From the NCBI GenBank assembly GCA_051294375.1, contig CM119268.1, positions 7,650,632 through 7,714,416 of the forward strand: a stretch of 63,785 nucleotides of DNA, written 5' to 3'. The DNA is from Paraspadella gotoi. Lineage: Eukaryota > Animalia > Chaetognatha. The notes below the pieces were generated by a model, which worked only from the letters and a program-made list of their open reading frames with translations, made no database searches and had not been told where the DNA came from. A program made the translations under genes and the position numbers. This document shows, piece by piece, positions 53,288 through 63,785 of the stretch. Each line of letters begins with the position of its first letter. The first letter of the stretch is position 1.

Positions 53288-53937
53288 AACCCAATCGTTT
53301 TAGAAGGAAAATTTGTTATTGAGACAAACGCTGATGAAGGCTTAAAAGCAAGAGCCGAAACATTCCAATGTAAATAAATATCGTTGTTATCAAACAAACA
53401 AACTTTTGTTTTCTCTAACTAAGTCAATAACCACAAAACTAATTTAATTTCCAAGAAGACTTGCAATTTCTTTTAAAATACAGTGCATGGCGGAACAACT
53501 GAGAGAAGATGACTTTAAAAAAGTTCAAGTTAATGCAATTTTGTTGACACAGTTGAGGTAGAAAAGTAGTAACCATCTATCAAAGTTATCAATATTAGTT
53601 ATCATCTCAGCTATCATTAACTGTCACGCACCATTCTTTCAAAGTTCCGGTTTCTCACACTAATCTCTTCCTACTCTCTCTCTCTCTTCTCTCTCTCTCT
53701 CTTCCCTCTCCTCTCTCTCTCTCTCTCTTCTCTCTCTGTCCGATTTTTTGCCTTTCGATCGTGCGCCCTTTTCCTTTCCTCCGCGCTTCTTCACCCACCC
53801 CCCCGCCTCCGCTCCCCCCTAAGCGCCCGAAAAAAATCTGGATTCTTCTCCGGAAATCTGGATTCCATCGCCGGAATCTTCGGTTCCTTCCGGCGTCGGA
53901 TGGTCTTCTCCGCCGGATAACGCAAGGAAAAAAAAAT
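50940..53937 (+). repeat. Error-rich direct duplicate of ~45060-47978
   Basis: Colinear anchors from aaacgaaataaaa through gattccatcgccggaatcttcggttccttccggcgtcggatgg; includes a second copy of the hammerhead-bearing insertion. Confidence 0.92.
53331..53365 (+). ncRNA. Second (duplicated) copy of the hammerhead-like core
   Basis: ctgatgaaggcttaaaagcaagagccgaaacattc; lies in the duplicate segment, and stem III differs by one base. Confidence 0.5.
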
Positions 53938-54074
53938 CCTTCTTAAAACCCCTGACCGCATGGTGGTGGTCAGTTTTTTTTTTGTGGGGGGGGAAAGGAG
54001 AAGGGGGGAGGGCGAGAGGGTTTGGGTTTGAGAGAGAGAGTGAGAGAGCAGAGAGAGAGAGAGAGAGAGATGAG

Positions 54075-54123
<49 letters not shown>

Positions 54124-54990
54124 ATCGATCGATAGGAAAAAAAGGGAAGACATTTAAGAATTGCATGAAAAGGAAGCGTTTGAAAACAAATTGCTTGGCG
54201 ATAAAAAACATAGAAATTACACCAAGGTTAATTTGGGAAAAAAGTTAAAGAGAAACAAAGGAAATCGAAAAGGAGAAAAACAAAAAGAATTAAAACGAAA
54301 TAAGGAAATAAAAAAAGGAAATAAAAAAAGGAAAAAGTACTTAAACTGGAAAAAAAAGAAGAAGCGGAGAGAGAAATTTTTGCGAAGTTAGCAAAGGAAG
54401 GGAGCACTAATGAGCGAGAGGGAAGCGTGGAAAAGGGAGGAAGGAAAAAAGGGGAAGGATTAAGAGAGAAAACTCTAATGAGATCTTGTTTTCACCCCAT
54501 CCCGCCTTCGAATGGAGGTGTTTGGTCCGTGAGAGGAAAGAAAAGGGGAAAAAAAAGGAAGGGAAAGGAGTGTTAATGATGCCTCAGCGAACCTTGGAAT
54601 AATCGCGGTTTTTAAAAACTTGTTGGGGCTTTCGAAAATCGGCGATGAAGGTTAAGTAATAGAAAAAGCGTGTTGTTTTTTTCAGTTGCAACGAAATCTA
54701 GTCAACTTATATGCCCAGAGACTTTTAAACAAACAAATTCTATTATATCGTAAAAAAAATATATATATAAAAACAAACTAAGAACAATGAAAAAACAAAA
54801 AACCTTTAATATTTTTTTTACTCAGAATTTTCCATCACTAAAAAGTTAATTATTATTTTACAAATTTATCGTTTGATTTTCCCCCGTTTCAATAAATTCT
54901 TTCATATTGACGCATTAAATAAATTACCAAGCTATTATTTTTTTTTAAATTTTTGGTTGGATTCCCTCCTTCCTTTTTCCCCGCGCCGCA

Positions 54991-55030
54991 TGATCCGCGT
55001 GATCCGCGTGATCCGCGTGATCCGCTGATC
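54991..55030. repeat. 9-bp tandem repeat (TGATCCGCG)x~4.5
   Basis: Direct reading. Confidence 0.93.
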
Positions 55031-55175
55031 TCTGACCCTTTCCCTACCTCCGAAGCCAAAATTCCTTTCTCCAAACGCCGGACCTCTTTCCATAAAAACA
55101 TCTCGAGAGAGGAATGGAGGGCAATTGAAATTCTAAAGGCCCGAAGACAGCCGGGATTTTGGAGAGTGGAAAAGA

Positions 55176-55232
<57 letters not shown>

Positions 55233-55735
55233 CAGAATGATCGCCGAGGAGAGAAATCTCATTTGCATATTAGAGCCGTGGGAGAGCGAACGGAATGGCC
55301 AGGCCCGGAGGCACGGGGCTAGTAATGAAGTTGTAGCCCGAACGGAACAAACTATACAAATTAAACTCGATTTAAAAAAAAAATCATTTGCCGCGTTGCA
55401 AAGGAAAAAAAAACTGGAATGGAGTAGAATCAAGATGAATGCGTTTGACTGTTGAGGGAAAAACGGATTGAGCTTGAATTGCCCAGGGATAATTTGATTA
55501 TTAAACTGTTCAGTGTTAACACAATTCGTCTTTATTAAATTAATTTATTGGTTTTTTCTCTTTTTCCCCCCATTTTTCCTTTTCTTCTTCATCCGCTGCC
55601 CGGATTCTCACCTTTAGGTAAGTCGTTTTGATTTTAAATTTGTTGTTGAAGCTTGAATATTAAAAGTCAAATATCTTCTGTAGTTTCAAACCGATTTTGC
55701 TGCCAACTTTATCTTTAATTTCTTGCCCTTGCGCT

Positions 55736-55862
<127 letters not shown>

Positions 55863-56180
55863 CGAGGGACGATAATGGTAGCTTAATCGAGAATGGAAGT
55901 TGTCATGAAAGTTTAATCCCATCAAAATGCAAAAAGAGAATCGGGCATGAAATTGGAATTGGAATTTGTTAAAACTCGCGTCACTTCCGTTTAATGGATA
56001 CAAATAAATAGGGTCATCCAATTTGTAATTCTAATAAGATGTTTGAACTTTTCAATATTATCCATATAAGTTACTTTATTTCACTTTCAAAGTCGACTTA
56101 AAGCGCCGCATATCATTCATGTTTATCGACATTTTATCCACGTTTCCATTAGCAAACCCGAGCACCCCTCTTTACACACA

Positions 56181-56239
<59 letters not shown>

Positions 56240-56510
56240 CCTTTCCTTTTTCCTTTTTTTTCCTCCTTTCTCGATTTCCTCCCGTATGCGTTCTAAAAAC
56301 GGAAAATTGGAATTTGTGGCGACGACGTGGATGATGACGACGACGACGACGACGACAGCTGCAGGCTGTTGCACCGACGTATGGTTTAACGAAGCGACGC
56401 TTACCTCAACGAGCTCACCTCGACCTCACTGAACTTACCTTAACCACGACGAATTCACTTTTAGAAATGTACACTTTCAATTTTGCATTGTTTTTATGAA
56501 ATTGGTACAA

Positions 56511-56546
<36 letters not shown>

Positions 56547-58764
56547 CTCTCGATTTCTTTTATTTTTTTGGGCCTTCAGAACAACTTTCCCTTGATATGT
56601 CTTTCCATAGATTGGTTCATTGTGATATTGCGGATCGCGGACTATACTATACTATACCACTATGAGATACACCAGTACATTTATAAGTATTAAAAATATA
56701 ATCATGATATGCTTACGAACAACGTCATAAATGCTTAAAAATCCAGATTTACTTTCATCGTTCTTTGTTTCCAAAAAAAAAAAAAACCCTGACGGAGTTA
56801 ATGCGAGGCTTTTTACAGGCACTCCTCACCGGCATCATATTCACGGTGGAATTTCAGAGAGATAACGCGGCCTTAGAAGCCGAATGAAGTTTTAATGCGC
56901 TTGCAATGGCGGAGACAAAGAGGAGATAAAGCGAGAGAGAGAGAGAGATATAGAGAGAGGGAGGGAGAAAGAACCCCGGGTGTGTCTAGAGTTTAAAATC
57001 CGGGTTGCGGCTTTTACATCCGCGTCGCAGAAGGAAACCTTTTTATTTTATAACTCTATTTTTTAAACAACATTCAACAATCAGAACGAAATTTTATGGT
57101 TTTGCGAAAGTCGAGTCGGTTGGGATTATTTTTACGATCTTTGTTTTTTTTCTCTATTTTGTATTTTTTGGTTTTGTTTGGACAATCAGATCGCGATAGA
57201 ATGAGCGATCGAAAAAAACATGATGTCAAACCGATTGCTCAGAGTATCGGTGTTAGAAAAAAACCAAAACTAGCTAAAGTTCAGGAAAATCGAAAGAAAA
57301 TGAAAGGACAAAATATTAAACTAGAAAATCAGGAAGGGGATTAAGTGAAAGATATGGATCCATGCAAAACAAAAACTTAGTGAATCTAAATATAAATAAA
57401 GAAGAGATGCGATGCGATGTGATGCGATTTAAAAACGCGTGAAAAGTCGAGGAATGACAGATTTTGAAAGAGAGAAGGCAGCTCGAGAGCAGTTTTGATA
57501 CAAAGTTAAGCTAAGAGAGAGAGAGTGAGAGAGAGTGAGAGAGGGAGAGGGAAAGCCAATCGATTGCGCTGACAAAAGTCCTGGCGGCAGAAAGACGCGA
57601 AGCGGACAAGAGTTCACTCTTGCTGCCAGTTGGAAGTCTGGACGGGGAAAAAACCCGATGGAAAAAAAAACGGCGTGGCGAACCAAGTGGCAGATCGAGT
57701 GGCGGATTGAGTGGCTGACTGAACGATCAACCGGATAGCGCAACAGAATGAGAATTGAGCAATGAGGAAAAAATAAGGGAGCGAGGTATCGGCTGATCAA
57801 GTGACAAGGCCCTTAACGCACAGTTGAAATAAACGATATTTTATAACCTGCCCCAAAATACCCTTAGATTATAGTTAGATTATAGTTGGATTATATTTCC
57901 CTCTTGGCGGGTGGAAGCGACCGCAATAAACAAAACAATGATACAGAGCAGAAGACCACCGGCAAGACAACTGACGCGACTAAGATAAAAAAAAACAAAT
58001 TCTGGCCTTTTCGACGCAAAAAAAAAAAAAAAACCAAAAAACCCGACAAGTTCAACCGCCAGAATTGATGCGGAGAATCGAACGCATGACTGGAGACGAC
58101 GCGTCATTTAAATTTCAAATTCGATCGTTGGTTATATAAAAAAAAGTATATATATGCGTCGCTATGACGAAAGAGGTTTAAATGTAAAGTTTAAATGTAA
58201 AGTTCGAATCTCGGCTATTTGGTGCTCGAGTCCGTTTCCTTGATTACTTTTCTTTATTCACGATTTTTTTTTTTTTTCACGTTTTTCGCGGATTCCACTT
58301 TGTTTTTTCGTGCTCGGAACGAAAGGTGGTCGCGAGTTTTTGTAATTGATTGTACTCCTCGTTAGAAAAAANNNNNNNNNNNNNNNNNNNNNNNNNNNNN
58401 NNNNNNNNNNNNNNNNNNNNNNNNNNNNNNNNNNNNNNNNNNNNNNNNNNNNNNNNNNNNNNNNNNNNNNNNNNNNNNNNNNNNNNNNNNNNNNNNNNNN
58501 NNNNNNNNNNNNNNNNNNNNNNNNNNNNNNNNNNNNNNNNNNNNNNNNNNNNNNNNNNNNNNNNNNNNNNNNNNNNNNNNNNNNNNNNNNNNNNNNNNNN
58601 NNNNNNNNNNNNNNNNNNNNNNNNNNNNNNNNNNNNNNNNNNNNNNNNNNNNNNNNCTCTTACGTCACCCTTTTTCCCCCGGACTCCACCGGGTGGCAAC
58701 GGCGTTTTCGCGATTCTCTCCGCGGGTTCGAGCGCCTCTTTGCAAACAACGCCGCCACCCGGGC

Positions 58765-58797
<33 letters not shown>

Positions 58798-60493
58798 NNN
58801 NNNNNNNNNNNNNNNNNNNNNNNNNNNNNNNNNNNNNNNNNNNNNNNNNNNNNNNNNNNNNNNNNNNNNNNNNNNNNNNNNNNNNNNNNNNNNNNNNNNN
58901 NNNNNNNNNNNNNNNNNNNNNNNNNNNNNNNNNNNNNNNNNNNNNNNNNNNNNNNNNNNNNNNNNNNNNNNNNNNNNNNNNNNNNNNNNNNNNNNNNNNN
59001 NNNNNNNNNNNNNNNNNNNNNNNNNNNNNNNNNNNNNNNNNNNNNNNNNNNNNNNNNNNNNNNNNNNNNNNNNNNNNNNNNNNNNNNNNNNNNNNNNNNN
59101 NNNNNNNNNNNNNNNNNNNNNNNNNNNNNNNNNNNNNNNNNNNNNNNNNNNNNNNNNNNNNNNNNNNNNNNNNNNNNNNNNNNNNNNNNNNNNNNNNNNN
59201 NNNNNNNNNNNNNNNNNNNNNNNNNNNNNNNNNNNNNNNNNNNNNNNNNNNNNNNNNNTTGATCAAGTCTTTTTAACCAAACCATAATCAGTTAGAGTAA
59301 GTTAGAGTAAGTGAAAAATATCCGCGCAGCAGAAAATAACATAAACAAACATAACATTTCCGAAACGGGACTTTCCTCGCTGCTTTGTTTAAGCATTTCC
59401 CTCCTTCGTTCACTCCATTTCGTCCTCATAAGCTTTCATTCCTTTCAATTTACTCTTTTCCTCTCTCTCTCTCTCTCTCTCTNNNNNNNNNNNNNNNNNN
59501 NNNNNNNNNNNNNNNNNNNNNNNNNNNNNNNNNNNNNNNNNNNNNNNNNNNNNNNNNNNNNNNNNNNNNNNNNNNNNNNNNNNNNNNNNNNNNNNNNNNN
59601 NNNNNNNNNNNNNNNNNNNNNNNNNNNNNNNNNNNNNNNNNNNNNNNNNNNNNNNNNNNNNNNNNNNNNNNNNNNNNNNNNNNNNNNNNNNNNNNNNNNN
59701 NNNNNNNNNNNCCTTTCTTCCTTTAAGCTTTCCACTAGTCAAATCAACTCGTTCTCTCTTTTTCGAACCACCTCGTACCTTCATTGCACCACGGCGCATT
59801 CTCTCCTTCGCAGCAGCCTCCAACTCACTCCATTACATTCTCCAGCACCCTTTCCTCCCNNNNNNNNNNNNNNNNNNNNNNNNNNNNNNNNNNNNNNNNN
59901 NNNNNNNNNNNNNNNNNNNNNNNNNNNNNNNNNNNNNNNNNNNNNNNNNNNNNNNNNNNNNNNNNNNNNNNNNNNNNNNNNNNNNNNNNNNNNNNNNNNN
60001 NNNNNNNNNNNNNNNNNNNNNNNNNNNNNNTTTTTTTCCCTTTTTTTTAAATTGAACGAATTAAAGAAGGAATAGAATTTTTTTTTAAATTCAAAGATAA
60101 AAATAAAAGAAAAGTAGATTTGGAGAGCGAAATTCTCTCGACCATTAAGGAGAAGAGAAAGTCCGACAAAAAAAACAAAAAACATGGCGTTCTTTTTTTC
60201 CGAGTCGATATCGCCGATGTTTGCTTTGCATAAAAAGCCAAAGGAAGGATCGTCGTCGTCGTCGTCATTGTCGTCGTCGTTTTCCCTGTCACTGTGACTA
60301 TCCTCGTCGTCGTCTCAACCTCTTCCTTCTACATCCGGTTTGAGTTCTGCATCGTCGACATCCGGGTGTACCATGATTTAAACTTAAGGTTGGGTGCCGG
60401 ATCTAGGATGCCGGATGATGGAAGCCAAGTGTTCATAAACACGCTCCGTTGTATTTTAACTTTCCAAAAACTCTCTCTTCTTCAATAAAATAT

Positions 60494-60525
<32 letters not shown>

Positions 60526-60637
60526 TCTGACTTGATAACAATTGGATGATTTGACAAGTTGACATTCCCACTGTTAATTTGCATCTTTCTGAATTTGCCT
60601 CTGTCGAAAACAACACTCGCTTTGTGTTTACGATTTT

Positions 60638-60757
<120 letters not shown>

Positions 60758-60890
60758 AAAAGTAGTAGCATTCGTTGAAAACCTGAGTTCAACGTTCTGA
60801 CGCGGAAGCTGAACTCCCGAACTTTGACCGAGAAACCGTTTCCGTGAAATGTCGGCGTTGTCATCGCCCTTGACGTCGTCGTGGCCGTTA

Positions 60891-60923
<33 letters not shown>

Positions 60924-62480
60924 ACATCGACCACCTGTTTTCCTCTCATTAAACGAAACATAGTTTTCTTTGTTTCGTGAAAACGATGCATTTAGTAAGT
61001 CACTTAGAAGCGGTTAAGGAGTCACGCTGTCTCGGGTATAAAGGGAGAAAATTCTCGATGGTTCGTTCTTGTTCTTCCGGAATTATCGCACACGAGTCGA
61101 CCTTTGGTTTTGGGCTCTGGGATTTGAGGGGCGTGGCTTTTCGAGCCGCGTGGCGTCGCGAGACCCGTCATTTTATTATAATATTAACCTCGAAGGATTA
61201 AGTGGTTGTTATGAAAGAGTAGGAAACAGACTAGACCAGTCAAGTTGGAAATATTTTGATTAATGCTGTAGTACAGTCGAATATCTTCGGGCCTTGGCCT
61301 TCGCAGGCACGGTGCTGTTCTTCATTGCTAAATATTTGTATTAATATTTAATATTTTGTACACCTTTTGTGCTTGTTCATTACGTCCTTAGAATAAAAAG
61401 AGAGAGAAAAAAAAAGAAGAAATCAATAGTATATTAGCGGACGTCGCCGATAATTTTCTTACATCTACTTTTAAACATCGTTTGAAAGTTTGTCGTCGAG
61501 TAAGACCGACCGACCCATCGAAAATAAACTGACCAATCGAGACGCGGGTCGCCATCGATCGCTTGCGTCCAAAAAGCCGCAAAAAACCAACGCGTGAATA
61601 TTTATTTTTCCCTCGTCGGCTGACGAGGCGGCGTCGCCCGTTGTAAGAGAGGTTCCTGAGGTGAAAAGGGGAGAAAGATGAAGAAGAGGAGGAGGAGGAA
61701 GAGGAGGTGGAGGAAGTTGGAGGATGATGGAGGGAAAGGAAATTTGAGGAAGACGAAGGGGAGGGAATGGAAGCCCCCCCCCAAAAAAAACTGTGCTGGT
61801 GTAAGAATGTAGTTGGTTTTCAACTATGCTTTTTGCCTCGGGCCAGTGGAAACTGAAAATATAGTACATAAAATACGGGGCGAACTGGATTAATTTAAAA
61901 CGCAAAAATATATAGTTGGGCCGAGCCACACATATTTCGGCCCAAAAAAAAAACCTCCGTGCCGCTTCGGGAGATAGAGAAAGAGCACCTCTTTGTCTAC
62001 CTTACTCGCCTTTACTCACCTCGGCTACGCTTTTGCAAACGGGACAACAGATGGCGAAGCCTTTTGCCTCTGGGGGTCGAATATCGAGGGGATGGAAACG
62101 AATTGGGTGTGGAAACCCCAGTTAAGAGTGCTATGAGGCGGGAGTGATGTGGTGGTGAAGAAATACTGAATAGAGTAATAAGGAGGTTATAAAAGGACTG
62201 GAATTGTGTTTGGAGAAGACGTAGAGGCAGGAAAGCGTGACTGTTGACTTGAATGAGAAGAGACCGAGAGTTGATCTGGATTTTAAAACACTGAACAGCT
62301 GCGGTAAAGGTTTTAGAGGTGAATTGTACCTTGCTGGTAAAAGGTAAACTGAAGTGCAAAAACAGTATACTGGTTTGCATAAACGATGAACTTTCGCTAA
62401 TAAGTTGTGAATAAGAGGAATAGAGTTGTGAAGGTGAGCAAGGAAAAGGTTAAGAGCGGTAAATAGGACACAAGAAATTG

Positions 62481-62550
62481 TGAACTGGAGTGAACTGGAG
62501 TGAAAAACTGTGAACTGGAGTGAACTGGAGTGAAAAACTGTGAACTGGAG
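62481..62550. repeat. 10-bp minisatellite in a 30-bp higher-order pattern (TGAACTGGAG,TGAACTGGAG,TGAAAAACTG)
   Basis: Pattern A-A-B-A-A-B-A; partial satellite copies at ~62581 and 62628-62656. Confidence 0.92.
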
Positions 62551-62925
62551 CGCGCAACAGTGAAATGAATCGTGATATGTACTGTGAACTTGGGCATAAA
62601 AGCGGTTAACGGGTGCAAAGAAAGGGTAAACTGGAGTGAATAACTGTGAACTGGAGCAGTGATAAGCGGAAGGGGAGGACTGGTAACGGAAAGCGGAAAA
62701 AAGTAGTGAGGGCGAAAAAAGGGGAATTTGATTAGTTTATTCATCGTCACGTTTCTCCCCCCGTCCAAGGTCCCTCGGGGGAGGAAGAAGGAGGGGAAGA
62801 AAGGGAGAAAAGGGAGGAAAGAGGAAAGAGGAAAGAAACTGAAGGAAATTGGAGGAAGAACGGAGTATGTGCGTTTACTATGCGACGAGTACGAAAACGG
62901 TTTACGAATAGCAAAATAATGAAGA

Positions 62926-63342
62926 AACAAGAACGGTAATTCAAATGTGTTGCGCCGCCATGTATTTATCGTGACATGACATGATATGACGTGATATGAC
63001 ATGACATGATGTGATATGACATGACATGATTAAATGACTGCAATAACTTTTTTAGCCCGTGTATTTTTGACACGCACTGCATTGGAATTTTGTTTTTTAT
63101 TCTTTATTGTTTTAGGATTTCCTGAAGGCGGCGCTTGCAGTCCCTTAGATTTGATGTTTTTTCCTATCTTGACACATGAGCAACCAATTATATGCAAGTT
63201 ATGAGTTAGTGGGACAGACCGATGGACAGACATACCGACCAACTGATTGACAGACCAACCGACTGATCGACGGACCAACCGACAGACCGACCAAAAAGTG
63301 ACTTATAGAGTTGCTCCGCGAGTACTCGCGGCGCAACTAAAA
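62926..63342 (-). mobile_element. Complete Helentron-associated non-autonomous element (HINE/DINE-1-like)
   Basis: On the minus strand: a T-run, then the 30-bp palindrome agttgcgccgcgagtactcgcggagcaact (63338-63309), then (GGTC/TGTC)n at 63293-63213 and (TCATG)n at 63030-62972. The asymmetric subterminal inverted repeat gcggcgcaac is at 62958-62949, and the element ends tcttgttt. No TSD; T-rich insertion site. Confidence 0.8.
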
Positions 63343-63785
63343 AAACATGTTTGAAGGCAGTGGGAAATATGAGAAAAGGTGATAAAAAAAGGGGAAAATA
63401 AACAATGAGAGTTTTAATAAACAAAAGCAGGCGATTGAAAGCAAAAATGGCATGAAAAGAACTCAAATTAAATTAGAAAGGGAAACTAAGAGAATCGAAC
63501 GAAGAAAATATGTCATGGGCTCATGGCGGGAAAAAAAATACATGTTACGCCGTGAGGAAGTTGGCGAGGAAAGTGAGGGAGAAAGAAAAGAAAAAAAAAG
63601 GAAGAAAAAAAAAAGATAATGTACGAACGGAGAAGAAGAAAGAGAGGAAGGCGCGAAGTCGTGGACCAGAATATCGACGAGGAGAGATCAGGAGGAAAGA
63701 GGGAGGAAACTAAAAGGGAGGAAAGGAAAAAAAAATACGAGGAAGGAGAGAGAGAGAGATAAAAGAAAAGAAAAGGGAGGAAAGG

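Noticed and set aside
60184-60440. Acidic minus-strand peptide (LKPDVE..DDDEDSHSDRE) or plus-strand CTMI-stop CaaX-like end
   Set aside because: Both readings contain in-frame stops, the signal is largely (GAC)n-derived, and there are no supporting splice sites.
62481-62550. CRISPR-like array (also considered 4379-4432 and 32388-32713)
   Set aside because: There are no regular unique spacers, the context is eukaryotic, and there are no cas genes.

Overview
Eukaryotic, most likely invertebrate, draft-assembly sequence rich in (GA/CT)n and (GAC)n microsatellites. It is heavily affected by indel-rich long-read gap filling: five gaps are exactly 25 N long, and four of them sit beside redundant copies of neighbouring sequence. 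No host protein-coding gene can be called confidently, and most listed ORFs are microsatellite or N artefacts. The real content is mobile DNA, visible only by reading across frameshifts. (1) A ~10.5 kb AT-rich Polinton/Maverick/adintovirus-like segment (31.85-42.4 kb) encodes a protein-primed family B DNA polymerase with an endonuclease VII-like domain. It has consensus-looking spliceosomal introns before and after the polymerase, a convergent unknown gene, and no recognisable integrase, capsid or TIR. (2) A minus-strand LINE has a three-knuckle ORF1 and an APE endonuclease, and is cut by a gap. (3) A ~0.5 kb Penelope-like insertion carries a minimal hammerhead ribozyme core and a 12-bp flanking direct repeat. 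(4) A Helentron-associated (HINE/DINE-1-like) family has one complete and two partial copies. (5) A 611-bp foldback MITE is nested in one HINE copy, and its empty site is visible in the other arm of an ~8 kb inverted duplication. All protein calls come from manual motif recognition, not database searches.
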